DNA of 64,000 nt. Source: Candidatus Moraniibacteriota bacterium (lineage in GTDB: Bacteria; Patescibacteriota; Minisyncoccia; Moranbacterales; UBA2206). The stretch covers positions 11,893 to 75,892 of the forward strand of contig JBAQNU010000024.1 in the NCBI GenBank assembly GCA_049304095.1. Direction: 5' to 3'. Position numbers and translations under genes: made by a program. Under the pieces are notes generated by a model. The model did not search any database and was not told where the DNA came from. It saw nothing but the letters and a program-made list of their open reading frames with translations. Positions 37,413 through 47,764 of this stretch are shown here, piece after piece (position 1 is the first letter of the stretch; each line of letters begins with the position of its first letter).

Positions 37413-38516
37413 ATGCACAAAGAATATAAACCGATAAAATTTCCAGAAGACGAATCTGCTCATGACTCTATTGTCGAATGGTGGTATTTCAACGGCCACT
37501 TGAAAGATAATGACGGCAACGAATATTCCTATATGGATTGCTTATTCAAGGTGGATGTAAAAAAAGTAAAGATACCTTTTCTAAGCAAAATTCCGCTCAA
37601 AACATCCTACTTCTCACATTCACTCGTTTCAGACATAAATAATAAAAGTTTTCAGCATAGAATAGCTCCCTTTTCCGTTGTTTCCGATGACAGTTTTTCC
37701 AAATCCTTGCTTCATATAAATTACATCAATCCGGAAATAAAAAACGGTTACACTAACTGTGTTATTGAAAAAACAGGCGAATCAAAATACCACCTGAAAA
37801 ATGAGGATATTGATTTAAAATTAACTTCAGTCAGGCATCCTCTGCTGGAGGGCGGGAAAGGATTTCTCGATCTGGGAACCAAGACAACCTATTATTATTC
37901 TCTAACCAACCTGAGAACGGAAGGCCGGATAAAAATTAAAAATAAATGGGTGGACGTTACTGGCAAGTCCTGGATGGATCATCAGTGGGCGGATGCCAGC
38001 TATTCCAAAGATAGATGGGATTGGTTTTCAGTGCAATTGGATAATGATACGGAAATAGTTTGTTTTATGTATGATGACGGCCAGAAAAAAACTTTTTTAG
38101 CTGACATTTCTTATCCCGATGGCAGGCAGGAACATCATAGCAATGTTGAAATTATTCCCCTGAAAAGGCATTGGACAAGTCCAAAAAGCAAGGCGGTTTA
38201 TCCGATGTTATGGAAAATTAAAATACCGGCAAAAGATATACACTTGATTCTTTCGGCAAAAATTGAAAATCAGGAAATGCTGTTCGGCTCAATCAATTAT
38301 TGGGAGGGATCGCTCAATGTCAGCGGATTGTTTGAAGACAAAAACGTAAACGGCGTTGGTTTTATGGAACTGGTCGGTTATCCGTCTCAATATAACAGTG
38401 CAAAATATATTAAGGATGAAATAGAAAAAACAGCCAGCCGGGTTATTTCGTCTATGAAAAATAAAGCCTTGACCTTAGCGGGCAATGTAAAAAATAGTTT
38501 TACGGAATCAGATTAA
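37413..38516 (+). CDS. AttH/CrtC-like lipocalin-domain protein
   Basis: HDSIVEWWYFNGHL signature. ABC efflux genes lie downstream, as in AttFGH clusters. Confidence 0.45.
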   Translation: MHKEYKPIKFPEDESAHDSIVEWWYFNGHLKDNDGNEYSYMDCLFKVDVKKVKIPFLSKIPLKTSYFSHSLVSDINNKSFQHRIAPFSVVSDDSFSKSLLHINYINPEIKNGYTNCVIEKTGESKYHLKNEDIDLKLTSVRHPLLEGGKGFLDLGTKTTYYYSLTNLRTEGRIKIKNKWVDVTGKSWMDHQWADASYSKDRWDWFSVQLDNDTEIVCFMYDDGQKKTFLADISYPDGRQEHHSNVEIIPLKRHWTSPKSKAVYPMLWKIKIPAKDIHLILSAKIENQEMLFGSINYWEGSLNVSGLFEDKNVNGVGFMELVGYPSQYNSAKYIKDEIEKTASRVISSMKNKALTLAGNVKNSFTESD

Positions 38517-38520
38517 AATT

Positions 38521-39366
38521 ATGGCAAAATTAAAACGACCGAAAATCGGTTTGGCGTTGGGAAGCGGCGGTCCCAGGGGACTGGCGCATATCGGCGTAAT
38601 TAAAATTCTGGAAGAAAATAATATTCCGATTGATTTTATCGCCGGCTCAAGTATCGGCGCTATGGTTGGAGGATTTTATGCCGCTACCAAGGATATAAGG
38701 CAAGTGGAAGAGATAGCGCTGGGAACCAACTGGAAAATGATTTTAGCATTGATTGATCCTTCCTTTCGCCAGGGATTGCTGGGAGGAAAAAAGGTAAACA
38801 CTTTTATTGAGGATCATATTGATAAAATGGATTTCAGTGATTTAAAGGTTCCTCTTTCGGTAGTGGCGACAAATTTTAAGAATGGCGATGCAGTTATTAT
38901 AAACAAAGGCGATGTTGCCTCCGCAATCAGAGCCAGTATTTCTTTGCCATTAGTTTTTAAGCCCGTAGAGCGTGACGGAAAAATGTTGGCCGATGGTGGA
39001 TTGTCCTTGCCTGTTCCTGTCGAAGTAGTGAGAAAAATGGGAGCGGACTTGGTAATCGCGGTTAATTTGGATGCCGATTATTTTGCCGATAACAATAATG
39101 AAAACAATAGATTCGGTTTTTATAAAATGGCTGAAAATTCAATCAACCTCTTGCGCCATCACCTGGCTCATCGGAATGTCGAAAATGCCGATATTATTAT
39201 TAATCCTCGTGTTGGAAATGCGCATTGGGGGAAATTTCTGGACGGAAAAGATATAATTTCGGCCGGAGAAAAAGCGACAAAAATAAAATTATCGCAATTG
39301 AAGGAATCAATGCATCAGGAAAACAAGGACGTTTTGAGTAAATTTTTAGATTTTCTTAAATTATAA
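38521..39366 (+). CDS. Patatin-like phospholipase
   Basis: GSGGPRG oxyanion motif and GSSIG nucleophile elbow. Confidence 0.75.
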   Translation: MAKLKRPKIGLALGSGGPRGLAHIGVIKILEENNIPIDFIAGSSIGAMVGGFYAATKDIRQVEEIALGTNWKMILALIDPSFRQGLLGGKKVNTFIEDHIDKMDFSDLKVPLSVVATNFKNGDAVIINKGDVASAIRASISLPLVFKPVERDGKMLADGGLSLPVPVEVVRKMGADLVIAVNLDADYFADNNNENNRFGFYKMAENSINLLRHHLAHRNVENADIIINPRVGNAHWGKFLDGKDIISAGEKATKIKLSQLKESMHQENKDVLSKFLDFLKL

Positions 39367-39370
39367 TAAA

Positions 39371-40603
39371 ATGCTTAGAAATTTTTTCGTTGCTTGCTGG
39401 TTTAGCTTTAAACAACTGAAACATAGCAACAAGAAAAGTGTTGTGATGACTATCTTGGTGGTGGTTTTGCTTTTCATTAATATTCTTTTTATCGCCTCGA
39501 TGATGTCGGGACTTATTAGCGCTGTAAACAGCCAGACTATAGATTATCAATACGGAAATATTGTTATTGAACCAAGCAAGGAAAGCGAAAGTGATGCCTA
39601 TATCAAACAAGCAGAAAAGACTCTGGACAATATTAAAAGTATACCGGGCGTAACCGGTGCAGTCGAACATTATAAATCAGGCGTTGGTATTGCGTATGAC
39701 CCAAAAAAAGAAGGAACTAATGTCAAAAACGGCAGTTGGTATTTATATTCAATAGTGCCTTCGGAAGAATCAAAAGTTCTAAAAATAAATTCAAAGATTG
39801 TTTCCGGAAGATATTTGGAAGATGGAGATCGCAACAAGATACTTATCGGGCGGGAAATTAGTGGGGGTTTCAACGCCACTCTGGAAAGGACATCTTTGGG
39901 CGGAGTGAACGTTGGTGATGAAGTTTATGTCAGCTATCCCAATGGTATAAGTCGGAAATATACTGTGGTCGGAATTTTTGCCAGCAAAAGTTTTTTGGCT
40001 GATGCTCAGGCGTTTATAACGAAAGATGAAATGGAAGAAGTTTTGGGGCAGCATGACCTGGCCGATGAAATAATCGTGAAAACTGCCACGACCGGAGACG
40101 AGGACAAATATATTTCAAAAATAGAAAGCATATCGCAGCAAAAATTGAAACTTTATCCCTGGCGTGATTATCTAGGCGCCCTTTCAACCGTTACCAATAG
40201 TTTTGATTTTATAAAATTAATTTTTTATGCCATTGGTCTGGCTGTTTCCGGCGCCAGTATTTTCATAATTATCTACATTGACTTGCTTAATCAGAGAAAA
40301 CAAATTGGAATCTTGAAAGCTATCGGAATGGAAAGTAAAACTATCGTTACTTCCTATGTTTTGCAGGCTCTTTTTTATGGGATATTGGGAACCATTCTGG
40401 GTGTAATTGCGGTTAAATATGCGATTTACCCATATTTCATAAAACATCCTTTTGATATGCCTATTGGAGATGTTAGCCTTGTATTTGAAAAAGCCGATCT
40501 TATAAAAACAATTGTCAGTATGATAGTCGTGTCCTTTATTGCTGGACTCATTCCATCTATTCAAATTACTAAGAAAAATATTTTAGACTCAATATTCAAA
40601 TAA
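39371..40603 (+). CDS. ABC transporter permease (FtsX/MacB family)
   Basis: N-terminal TM, large periplasmic domain and C-terminal 3-TM FtsX fold. Confidence 0.65.
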   Translation: MLRNFFVACWFSFKQLKHSNKKSVVMTILVVVLLFINILFIASMMSGLISAVNSQTIDYQYGNIVIEPSKESESDAYIKQAEKTLDNIKSIPGVTGAVEHYKSGVGIAYDPKKEGTNVKNGSWYLYSIVPSEESKVLKINSKIVSGRYLEDGDRNKILIGREISGGFNATLERTSLGGVNVGDEVYVSYPNGISRKYTVVGIFASKSFLADAQAFITKDEMEEVLGQHDLADEIIVKTATTGDEDKYISKIESISQQKLKLYPWRDYLGALSTVTNSFDFIKLIFYAIGLAVSGASIFIIIYIDLLNQRKQIGILKAIGMESKTIVTSYVLQALFYGILGTILGVIAVKYAIYPYFIKHPFDMPIGDVSLVFEKADLIKTIVSMIVVSFIAGLIPSIQITKKNILDSIFK

Positions 40604-40607
40604 TAAA

Positions 40608-41279
40608 ATGGAGAAAAACAGTATAACCGTAAAAAATTTGCATAAAACTTATCCAGGAGAAGTTCCACTTCATGTTCTTAAGGGTGTCAGTTTTTCCGTA
40701 AAAGAAGGTGAATTTGTGGCTATTATGGGCAGAAGTGGCAGTGGAAAATCTACCTTACTTCATCAGCTTAGCCTTTTGGATAACGCGGACGAAGGAGAAA
40801 TAATTGTTGAAGGGCAAGAACTGACTGCGCTTTCCGACAGTGAAAAAACAAAATTTCGTCTTCAGCACTTTGGCTATGTCTTTCAAGAATACGCTCTTCT
40901 CCCAGGGTTCAGCGCAGAGGAAGCCGTCAGTCTACCACTTATTTTGCAAGGTTTCTCTATACGGGAAAGCAAAAAACGCGCCATAGAAATACTCGAGATG
41001 GTTCAGCTGGGCGATCGGGTGAAACATTTTCCATCCGAAATGTCAGGAGGTGAACAGCAAAGAGTGGCTATCGCCAGAGCCCTGGTTAATAATCCAAAAA
41101 TTCTTTTTGCTGATGAACCTTGCGCTAACCTGGATTCAGAAACATCAACTATAATATTGGAACTTTTTCGAAAACTCAACAAAGAACTCAACCAAACAGT
41201 TATTTTGGTAACTCATGAACCGGAAGACGAAGAATATGTCGACAGGGTAATTCACATGAAAGACGGTATTTTACAATAA
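40608..41279 (+). CDS. ABC transporter ATP-binding protein (MacB/LolD-like)
   Basis: GRSGSGKST, LSGGEQQR and ILFADEP motifs. Confidence 0.85.
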   Translation: MEKNSITVKNLHKTYPGEVPLHVLKGVSFSVKEGEFVAIMGRSGSGKSTLLHQLSLLDNADEGEIIVEGQELTALSDSEKTKFRLQHFGYVFQEYALLPGFSAEEAVSLPLILQGFSIRESKKRAIEILEMVQLGDRVKHFPSEMSGGEQQRVAIARALVNNPKILFADEPCANLDSETSTIILELFRKLNKELNQTVILVTHEPEDEEYVDRVIHMKDGILQ

Positions 41280-41308
41280 ATAATTTTTTAAGTTTACAAA
41301 TCAAAAAT

Positions 41309-42319
41309 ATGCCAATGAATAAAAAACTAGTTAAGAAAATAATTTATTGGATCATCTTTATCGCCATTGCGATAATAATAGGATTTCTAATTTGGGGAAA
41401 TAAGAATAAAAAGGTAGATTATACGCTTACTCCGGTTAGCAAGGGGACACTAACTCGGACAATTTCAGCAAACGGAGAATATTTATCCAAAGAAAAAGCG
41501 GATATCAGCTTTAGAATTTCCGGACCGCTTACTAATATTAAAGTAGACGTCGGAGATGAAGTGAAGAAGGGACAATTTTTAGCCAGTGTTGATACGGGCA
41601 CTTTGACCGATAAACTGGAGCAAGCAAAAAAAGCAGTTACGATTCAAAAGGAAACCTTGAATTATCAAAAGGATAAAGATGATTTATATACCAAGGATCA
41701 GCGGGATGCCCAGAGGGCGGCAGTCAAACAAGCGGAATCGGTCGTTGATGAAATCTCCAGGCAGTTTCAATATGCCATCCTTACTTCGCCAATGAGTGGA
41801 AAAGTGGCAGAAAAAAATATCAGTATCGGAGAAATTGCCCAGGCTGGAAGCCCGGTAATTACGATTATCAGAGAAGACGAAATGAGAATTGAAGCTAAAA
41901 TTCCAGAAGTGGATATTGCAGGAGTAAGAGTCGGACAGAAAGCAAGCGTTAAATTTGATGCTTATCCGGAAAATCAAAGATTCGAATCCACCATAACGGA
42001 AATAGATCCGACTCCGGTTACCGTTCAGAATGTTGTTTACTACGTGGTCAAAATGCAAGTTGAAAACCCCGATGCGGGTCTGCGATACGGTATGAATTGC
42101 ACAATTTACGACCAAACGAACCGGAAAGACAATGCGCTTATAATTCCCAGGGGAGTAATAGAAAAAGAAGGAAACAAAAAATTTGTTACTATACTGACTG
42201 ATGCTGAAAAGAAAACTGTGGAAAAAAGAGAAGTGCAAACGGGATTAGAAGGAGACGATGGAATGGTGGAAGTTGTTTCCGGTCTTAAAGAAGGCGATCA
42301 AATGGCGACAGAAAAATAA
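41309..42319 (+). CDS. Efflux periplasmic adaptor (HlyD/MacA family)
   Basis: N-terminal TM anchor, coiled coil and beta-barrel pattern. Confidence 0.6.
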   Translation: MPMNKKLVKKIIYWIIFIAIAIIIGFLIWGNKNKKVDYTLTPVSKGTLTRTISANGEYLSKEKADISFRISGPLTNIKVDVGDEVKKGQFLASVDTGTLTDKLEQAKKAVTIQKETLNYQKDKDDLYTKDQRDAQRAAVKQAESVVDEISRQFQYAILTSPMSGKVAEKNISIGEIAQAGSPVITIIREDEMRIEAKIPEVDIAGVRVGQKASVKFDAYPENQRFESTITEIDPTPVTVQNVVYYVVKMQVENPDAGLRYGMNCTIYDQTNRKDNALIIPRGVIEKEGNKKFVTILTDAEKKTVEKREVQTGLEGDDGMVEVVSGLKEGDQMATEK

Positions 42320-42739
42320 ATGAAAGAAATAATAAAATTTTTTGATAGATTTGAAGACAAGACAAGAGCCTGGCTTAGCCGCAGTCCGATTTTTTATGCT
42401 TTAATTGGTGGAATGGGTGTAGTTATCTTTTGGAGAGGAATCTGGCATACGATGGATGCGCTTGTCGGTTTTTTAAATAAGCAACCAATCACTGATTCTC
42501 CTTGGTGGGACGGACCCCTTTCGATACTAATTGGGACATTCATTCTTCTTCTTATAGGACTCTTGGTCTCAACATTTATTGGAAATGAAATAATTATTTC
42601 CGGGCTTAGAAGAGAAAAGAAAATCACTGAAAAAACTGAAATTGAAGTTCAAGGGGAAACAGAAGATGTGGAAAACATCAAGAAAGAAATTAAAAAAATG
42701 GCTGTTGATTTAGCTGAAATTAAAGAAAAAATTAGGTAA
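42320..42739 (+). CDS. Membrane protein, hypothetical
   Basis: Two TM helices and a Glu/Lys-rich tail. Confidence 0.35.
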   Translation: MKEIIKFFDRFEDKTRAWLSRSPIFYALIGGMGVVIFWRGIWHTMDALVGFLNKQPITDSPWWDGPLSILIGTFILLLIGLLVSTFIGNEIIISGLRREKKITEKTEIEVQGETEDVENIKKEIKKMAVDLAEIKEKIR

Positions 42740-42821
42740 AATAAAAACTTAAACTTTCCCTACTTGACAAAATTTACTTAATGCTATAAACTATTAATGT
42801 AATTAAGTAATACGATCATGC

Positions 42822-43280
42822 ATGTCTACAAAAAAGCAACTTCTTTTTTTGGAATTTATCCAAATAATGGAAAAAATAAAAAAAATCGCCAACTCGGTTC
42901 CGGGTAAGAGAGGTGAGGATTTAGGCGTAACGCCTCTTCAAATGCAAGCACTGGATTATATAAAAAACAATCCCAATATGCCAGTTCGGGGGTTTTCTGA
43001 TTATTTTTTAATGTCCCCTTCCTCTGTTTCGCAATTAACTGACAGGCTTTTCGCTTTAGGGTTGATAGATAGAAAATCCGATCCTGACGATCGTCGGTCT
43101 GTCTTGGTTTTTCTTACCAAAAAAGGCGAGCAATTTCTGAAAAAATTAAAAAAGGAAATGATAAAAAGCATAGATTTTATGAGCAAATATATGAATATTG
43201 ATGATATTGAACATATGATCAGGATTCACAAAAATATGTTAAAAAGAATGGCAGAAAATAATAAACAGTCAATCAAATAA
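42822..43280 (+). CDS. MarR-family transcriptional regulator
   Basis: Winged-HTH ...SVSQLTDRLFALGLIDRKSDPDDRR... Confidence 0.7.
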   Translation: MSTKKQLLFLEFIQIMEKIKKIANSVPGKRGEDLGVTPLQMQALDYIKNNPNMPVRGFSDYFLMSPSSVSQLTDRLFALGLIDRKSDPDDRRSVLVFLTKKGEQFLKKLKKEMIKSIDFMSKYMNIDDIEHMIRIHKNMLKRMAENNKQSIK

Positions 43281-43282
43281 TT

Positions 43283-44524
43283 ATGAAAAAACTATTTAAG
43301 AAAATGACGTCTTCCAAGACAAGAAAATTCATTTCAGTATTGATTTTGATTGCTATCATTTTTTCAGTATGGTTTTTCTTTTTCAGGAAAAAAGCCGATC
43401 CAATTGAAACGTATACTGTCGGAAGAGGAAACATCACCGAAACCATTATGGAGACGGGTAATGTCCAGGCAGCTCAGGTAAGTGTTTATTCCACTTCAAA
43501 CGGAGTGGTTCAGGAGCTTTATGTGAAAAACGGAGATTCAGTTCAAGTCGGACAAAAACTGTTTAAGGTAAAATCAACCAGTACTGATCGGGAAGAAGCG
43601 ACGGCTTATTCCAGCTATTTGACAGCCCTTAACAATTTGAAAAAGTCCCAGCAGGACAAAGAAAGCGCTTATGCTCAGTTGTTGAGCGATAAAAAATCTC
43701 TGACAGATGCCAAGGGAGATCTCAAATATCAAAAAAATCACGATGAAAATCCTAAAACCAGCAAGGATTATACGTCTTCAGAAAAAAAATCTCTGGATCA
43801 AAATGTTGATGCCAAAGAAAGCTCGATTAGCGCTTCTCAAAAAAAGTATGACGATGCCTACGCGTCAATCAACGCCGCTCAAGCCGGTGTAACAGCGGCT
43901 AAACTGTCTTATGATGCCACCAAAGATGCTACTATAAAGGCGCAAGTTTCCGGAACAGTCAGCAATTTGTCCGTCCGAGTTGGCGATGTTGTTTATTTTT
44001 CCGATATTACCGTGACGTCCACTACAATTGCTTCTCCTGTTTTAGTCATTGGCGATCTTTCCGGATATTCGGTGAAAATCGGTATTAATGAAATGGAGAG
44101 ATCTAAAATCGTACTAGGACAAAAAGCAACAATAAAATTTGATGCTATTCCGGATAAAGAATATGCGGGCAAGGTCGAAAAGGTGGATGATTTCGGAGTG
44201 GATGAGTCAGGCGTGATTACTTATAATGCATATCTTTCCGTTACCGATCAGGATGAAAGGATGTTGCCTAAAATGACGGCTAATGTCACCGTGGAAACAA
44301 ATTCCCGGGAAAATGCAATAGTCGTTCCAAGTAAAGCCCTAAAACCATATCAAAACGCGAAAGGAGTGCAGGTGCTCCAAACTGATTCGAAAGGAAAACA
44401 AGTTTACGAATATGTCTTAGTTAAAACCGGTCTTAAAAGCGGGTCGCAAGTAGAAATTACCAGCGGTCTGGAAGAAGGAATGATAATTTCACTTTCAGAT
44501 GCGGCTAAAACATCCGCTAAATAG
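43283..44524 (+). CDS. Efflux periplasmic adaptor (HlyD/MacA family)
   Basis: TM anchor, coiled coil and lipoyl/beta-barrel pattern. Confidence 0.55.
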   Translation: MKKLFKKMTSSKTRKFISVLILIAIIFSVWFFFFRKKADPIETYTVGRGNITETIMETGNVQAAQVSVYSTSNGVVQELYVKNGDSVQVGQKLFKVKSTSTDREEATAYSSYLTALNNLKKSQQDKESAYAQLLSDKKSLTDAKGDLKYQKNHDENPKTSKDYTSSEKKSLDQNVDAKESSISASQKKYDDAYASINAAQAGVTAAKLSYDATKDATIKAQVSGTVSNLSVRVGDVVYFSDITVTSTTIASPVLVIGDLSGYSVKIGINEMERSKIVLGQKATIKFDAIPDKEYAGKVEKVDDFGVDESGVITYNAYLSVTDQDERMLPKMTANVTVETNSRENAIVVPSKALKPYQNAKGVQVLQTDSKGKQVYEYVLVKTGLKSGSQVEITSGLEEGMIISLSDAAKTSAK

Positions 44525-44546
44525 TTCACAAATTTAAATCTATCTT

Positions 44547-45257
44547 TTGAATATGATGCAATCAAAACTGATTATTTCTCTTCGAAATATTAAAAAAGAT
44601 TATCCGATAGGTGAAACTTCATATCAGGCCTTGAAGGGAGTATCCTTTGATGTTCATGAAGGAGATTTTATTTCCATCATGGGACCTTCAGGATCAGGAA
44701 AGTCGACGCTTATGAATATTATCGGAACACTGGACAGCGCAACAGAAGGAAAATATATTTTTAACGATTCAAATATTACCAATTATACCGAAGACGAACT
44801 GGCTAAAGTGAGAAATGAAAAAATAGGATTCGTATTCCAGTCGTTCAACCTCATTCCAAGAGTAAGTGTCTATAACAATGTGGAAAGGCCGATGATTTAT
44901 AGTAGAAAAATTCCACGTTCCCAAAGAAGAGAGCGAGTTATTTCCGCCTTGAAAACAGTCCATTTGGAGGATAAAGTGGATAATTTGTCCAATCAGCTTT
45001 CGGGCGGCCAGATTCAACGAGTAGCCATTGCCCGAGCCTTGGTAATGGATCCGGAAATTATTCTGGCCGATGAACCGACCGGAAATTTGGACAGTGCTAC
45101 ATCCCATGACGTAATGCTTTTTTTCCAGGAGCTTAACAAGGAGGGAAAAACCATTATCCTGATCACCCATGAACCGGACATCGCCGCTTTCGGAAAAAGG
45201 ACGATTGCTCTCAAAGACGGACTTATTGTCGAGGATAAAAATAATGGATTAACTTAG
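44547..45257 (+). CDS. ABC transporter ATP-binding protein (MacB-like)
   Basis: GPSGSGKST, LSGGQIQR and ILADEPTGNLD motifs. Confidence 0.85.
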   Translation: MNMMQSKLIISLRNIKKDYPIGETSYQALKGVSFDVHEGDFISIMGPSGSGKSTLMNIIGTLDSATEGKYIFNDSNITNYTEDELAKVRNEKIGFVFQSFNLIPRVSVYNNVERPMIYSRKIPRSQRRERVISALKTVHLEDKVDNLSNQLSGGQIQRVAIARALVMDPEIILADEPTGNLDSATSHDVMLFFQELNKEGKTIILITHEPDIAAFGKRTIALKDGLIVEDKNNGLT

Positions 45258-45271
45258 AATTTATAAAAATT

Positions 45272-46495
45272 ATGAGTTTTTTGGATGCATTTAAAATTTC
45301 ATTTTCATCATTGTTACACAATAGGCTAAGGACAATTTTAGCAATGTTGGGAATCGTAATTGGAATCGCTTCGGTTATTCTTATCATTTCCATTGCTAAT
45401 GGAGCAACTTCTTCGATCACCTCGCAAGTGTCTTCCATGGGGGGATCAAATCTCTTGACTATAATGCCCGGAAACCGATCCAAAGGACCGGCGCAAGGTG
45501 GAGGAAACGTTAAAACATTAACCTACGCCGATGCCCAGTATTTTAAAAACAATAATGATTTTTCCAACATTAATGCCGTTTCGGCTGTAGTTCAAAGCAA
45601 CGCGCAGGTAATTGGAAACGGGGAAAATATGAATACCGCAGTTCAGGGTGTTTCAGCCAGTTATTTCGAAATGCAAACCGTATCTGTTGATTTAGGGGAA
45701 TTATTCAGTGAAGAAGACGAGAATTTTTATTCAAAAGTGGCAGTCATTGGACCTAAAGTTGCCAGCGAACTTTTTGGAGAAGGAGCCGACCCAACCGGTC
45801 AAATTATTCAAATAAAATCTCAGCTGTTCAGGGTAGTTGGAGTTACTAAAGCCAAAGGAGGCAGTGGAATGTTAGACCCGGATAAAACTGTTTATGTTCC
45901 GGTAACTACGGAGATGAAAATTATTTTGGGGCAGGACTATGTTCAAATGTTTCAGTTGTCAGTTGCAGATCCCAAAATAATCGATCAGACTGCTTCGGAA
46001 ATAAAACAGGCTCTGATTGAAAGGCATGGGATAACTAACGAAGCGAATATCGACTTCAGCATTACCAGTTCCAAAGAAATACAAGAAACACTGAGTAATA
46101 TTACGGGAACGCTGACGGCAATGCTAGCCGGAATTGCCGGCATCTCACTTCTCGTTGGTGGTATCGGAGTAATGAATATCATGCTGGTAAGTGTTACGGA
46201 AAGAACCAAAGAAATCGGACTCTTGAAAGCTATCGGTGCCAAAAGAAATGATATTTTGCTTCAATTTTTGATTGAAGCGGTGGTGCTGACTATTACCGGA
46301 GGAATTATTGGAATGATAACCGGAGAAGTTTTTTCATACGTCGCTTCTATTATTATCAAGATTCCTTTTGTCTTTCAGCTTTACCCGATTCTTTTGGCTG
46401 TTGGCGTGTGTGTTACAATCGGAGTTTTTTTCGGACTATATCCTTCTCAGCGTGCGGCTAAATTAAATCCTATTGATGCGTTGAAATATGAATAA
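45272..46495 (+). CDS. ABC transporter permease (MacB/FtsX family)
   Basis: MacB-type topology. Confidence 0.7.
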   Translation: MSFLDAFKISFSSLLHNRLRTILAMLGIVIGIASVILIISIANGATSSITSQVSSMGGSNLLTIMPGNRSKGPAQGGGNVKTLTYADAQYFKNNNDFSNINAVSAVVQSNAQVIGNGENMNTAVQGVSASYFEMQTVSVDLGELFSEEDENFYSKVAVIGPKVASELFGEGADPTGQIIQIKSQLFRVVGVTKAKGGSGMLDPDKTVYVPVTTEMKIILGQDYVQMFQLSVADPKIIDQTASEIKQALIERHGITNEANIDFSITSSKEIQETLSNITGTLTAMLAGIAGISLLVGGIGVMNIMLVSVTERTKEIGLLKAIGAKRNDILLQFLIEAVVLTITGGIIGMITGEVFSYVASIIIKIPFVFQLYPILLAVGVCVTIGVFFGLYPSQRAAKLNPIDALKYE

Positions 46496-46513
46496 TTTTT
46501 TATAAGTACGAGT

Positions 46514-47764
46514 ATGCGTATTCTTCTAATCTCCGATCACGCCGATCCATTGGCGGAAATCGGCTCAAAAGAAGCGGGAGGACAAAATATCTATGTTTTT
46601 TATCTGGCAAAATTTTTGTGCAAACTTGGAATTTTAGTTGATGTATATACGCGTTGGGACAGGAAAAACAAAAAAGAAGTTGTTAAGTTTAACAATCATT
46701 TGCGAATCATAAGGGTGAAGGCAGGTCCAAAAAAGTATATTCCGAGAGACGATTTTTTGGGTGTTATAGATGAATTTGCGGATAATGTACTAAAAAGAAT
46801 AAAAAAGGAAAAAATAAATTATGATATAATTCATACAAACTACTGGTTTTCAGGACTTATTGGACTCAAAATTGCCTTGATCATCAAAAAGCCACTCATT
46901 CACATTTATCATTCTATCGGACAAGTCAGATTTGAAAGCTTGAAGAATTACAAACTTCAGGAAATCAATAATGAATTTTTCAAGCAAAGAACAATTTCCG
47001 AAAAAGAAATAGCCCAAAAAGCGGACAGAATAATTGCGACCAGCCCGGTGGAAAAAGAAATTATCAAAAATATTTTCGGCATCAGGGAGAAAAAAATAAA
47101 AACCATAACCATCGGCGTGGATACGAAAATATTCAGACCGATAAAAACCGAAAGAGCCAGAAAAATGGCAAAAATAGAAACTAATGGAAAAATCATTCTT
47201 TATGTTGGCAGGATTGAATGGAGAAAAGGAATCGGAACCTTACTGTATGCTTTTCGCGAAGTTATTAAAAATCACCCGAATACCAAGTTGTATATTATTG
47301 GCGGAGGCAAAAGCAAATCAGCAAGAAAACTGGAAGAGGCTGAATATGAGCGACTGAAAAAAATCTCTCAAGAACTGGGAATAGAAAAGAGAATAAGCTT
47401 TTTAGGACCCAAGAAGCAGAACGAATTATATAAATATTATTCAGCTGCTGACGTTTGTGTCATTCCATCTTATTACGAGCCTTTTGGGATAGTCCCTCTG
47501 GAATCAATGGCCTGCGGAACTCCTGCGGTTGCTTCACGCACGGGAGGATTACAATATACCGTGAAAGACAAAATAACAGGATGCCTTTTCAAACCGAGAA
47601 ACTATGTAGATTTAGCCGAAAAAATAAATATTGTTTTAAAAAACGGAAAAGACTTTTATGCCGGAAATTGTTTAAAACGGATCAGTGATGAATTCCAATG
47701 GGAAGAAATAGCCGACCAATATGATAATTTTTTTAATCAGTTAATAAACAAAACAAAAAAATGA
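46514..47764 (+). CDS. Glycosyltransferase family 4
   Basis: EPFGIVPLESMACGTPAV motif. Confidence 0.75.
   Translation: MRILLISDHADPLAEIGSKEAGGQNIYVFYLAKFLCKLGILVDVYTRWDRKNKKEVVKFNNHLRIIRVKAGPKKYIPRDDFLGVIDEFADNVLKRIKKEKINYDIIHTNYWFSGLIGLKIALIIKKPLIHIYHSIGQVRFESLKNYKLQEINNEFFKQRTISEKEIAQKADRIIATSPVEKEIIKNIFGIREKKIKTITIGVDTKIFRPIKTERARKMAKIETNGKIILYVGRIEWRKGIGTLLYAFREVIKNHPNTKLYIIGGGKSKSARKLEEAEYERLKKISQELGIEKRISFLGPKKQNELYKYYSAADVCVIPSYYEPFGIVPLESMACGTPAVASRTGGLQYTVKDKITGCLFKPRNYVDLAEKINIVLKNGKDFYAGNCLKRISDEFQWEEIADQYDNFFNQLINKTKK

Noticed and set aside
41684-42238. 184-aa minus-strand ORF
   Set aside because: It lies antisense inside the HlyD adaptor gene and has an unusual Phe/Ser-rich composition; I treat it as spurious.
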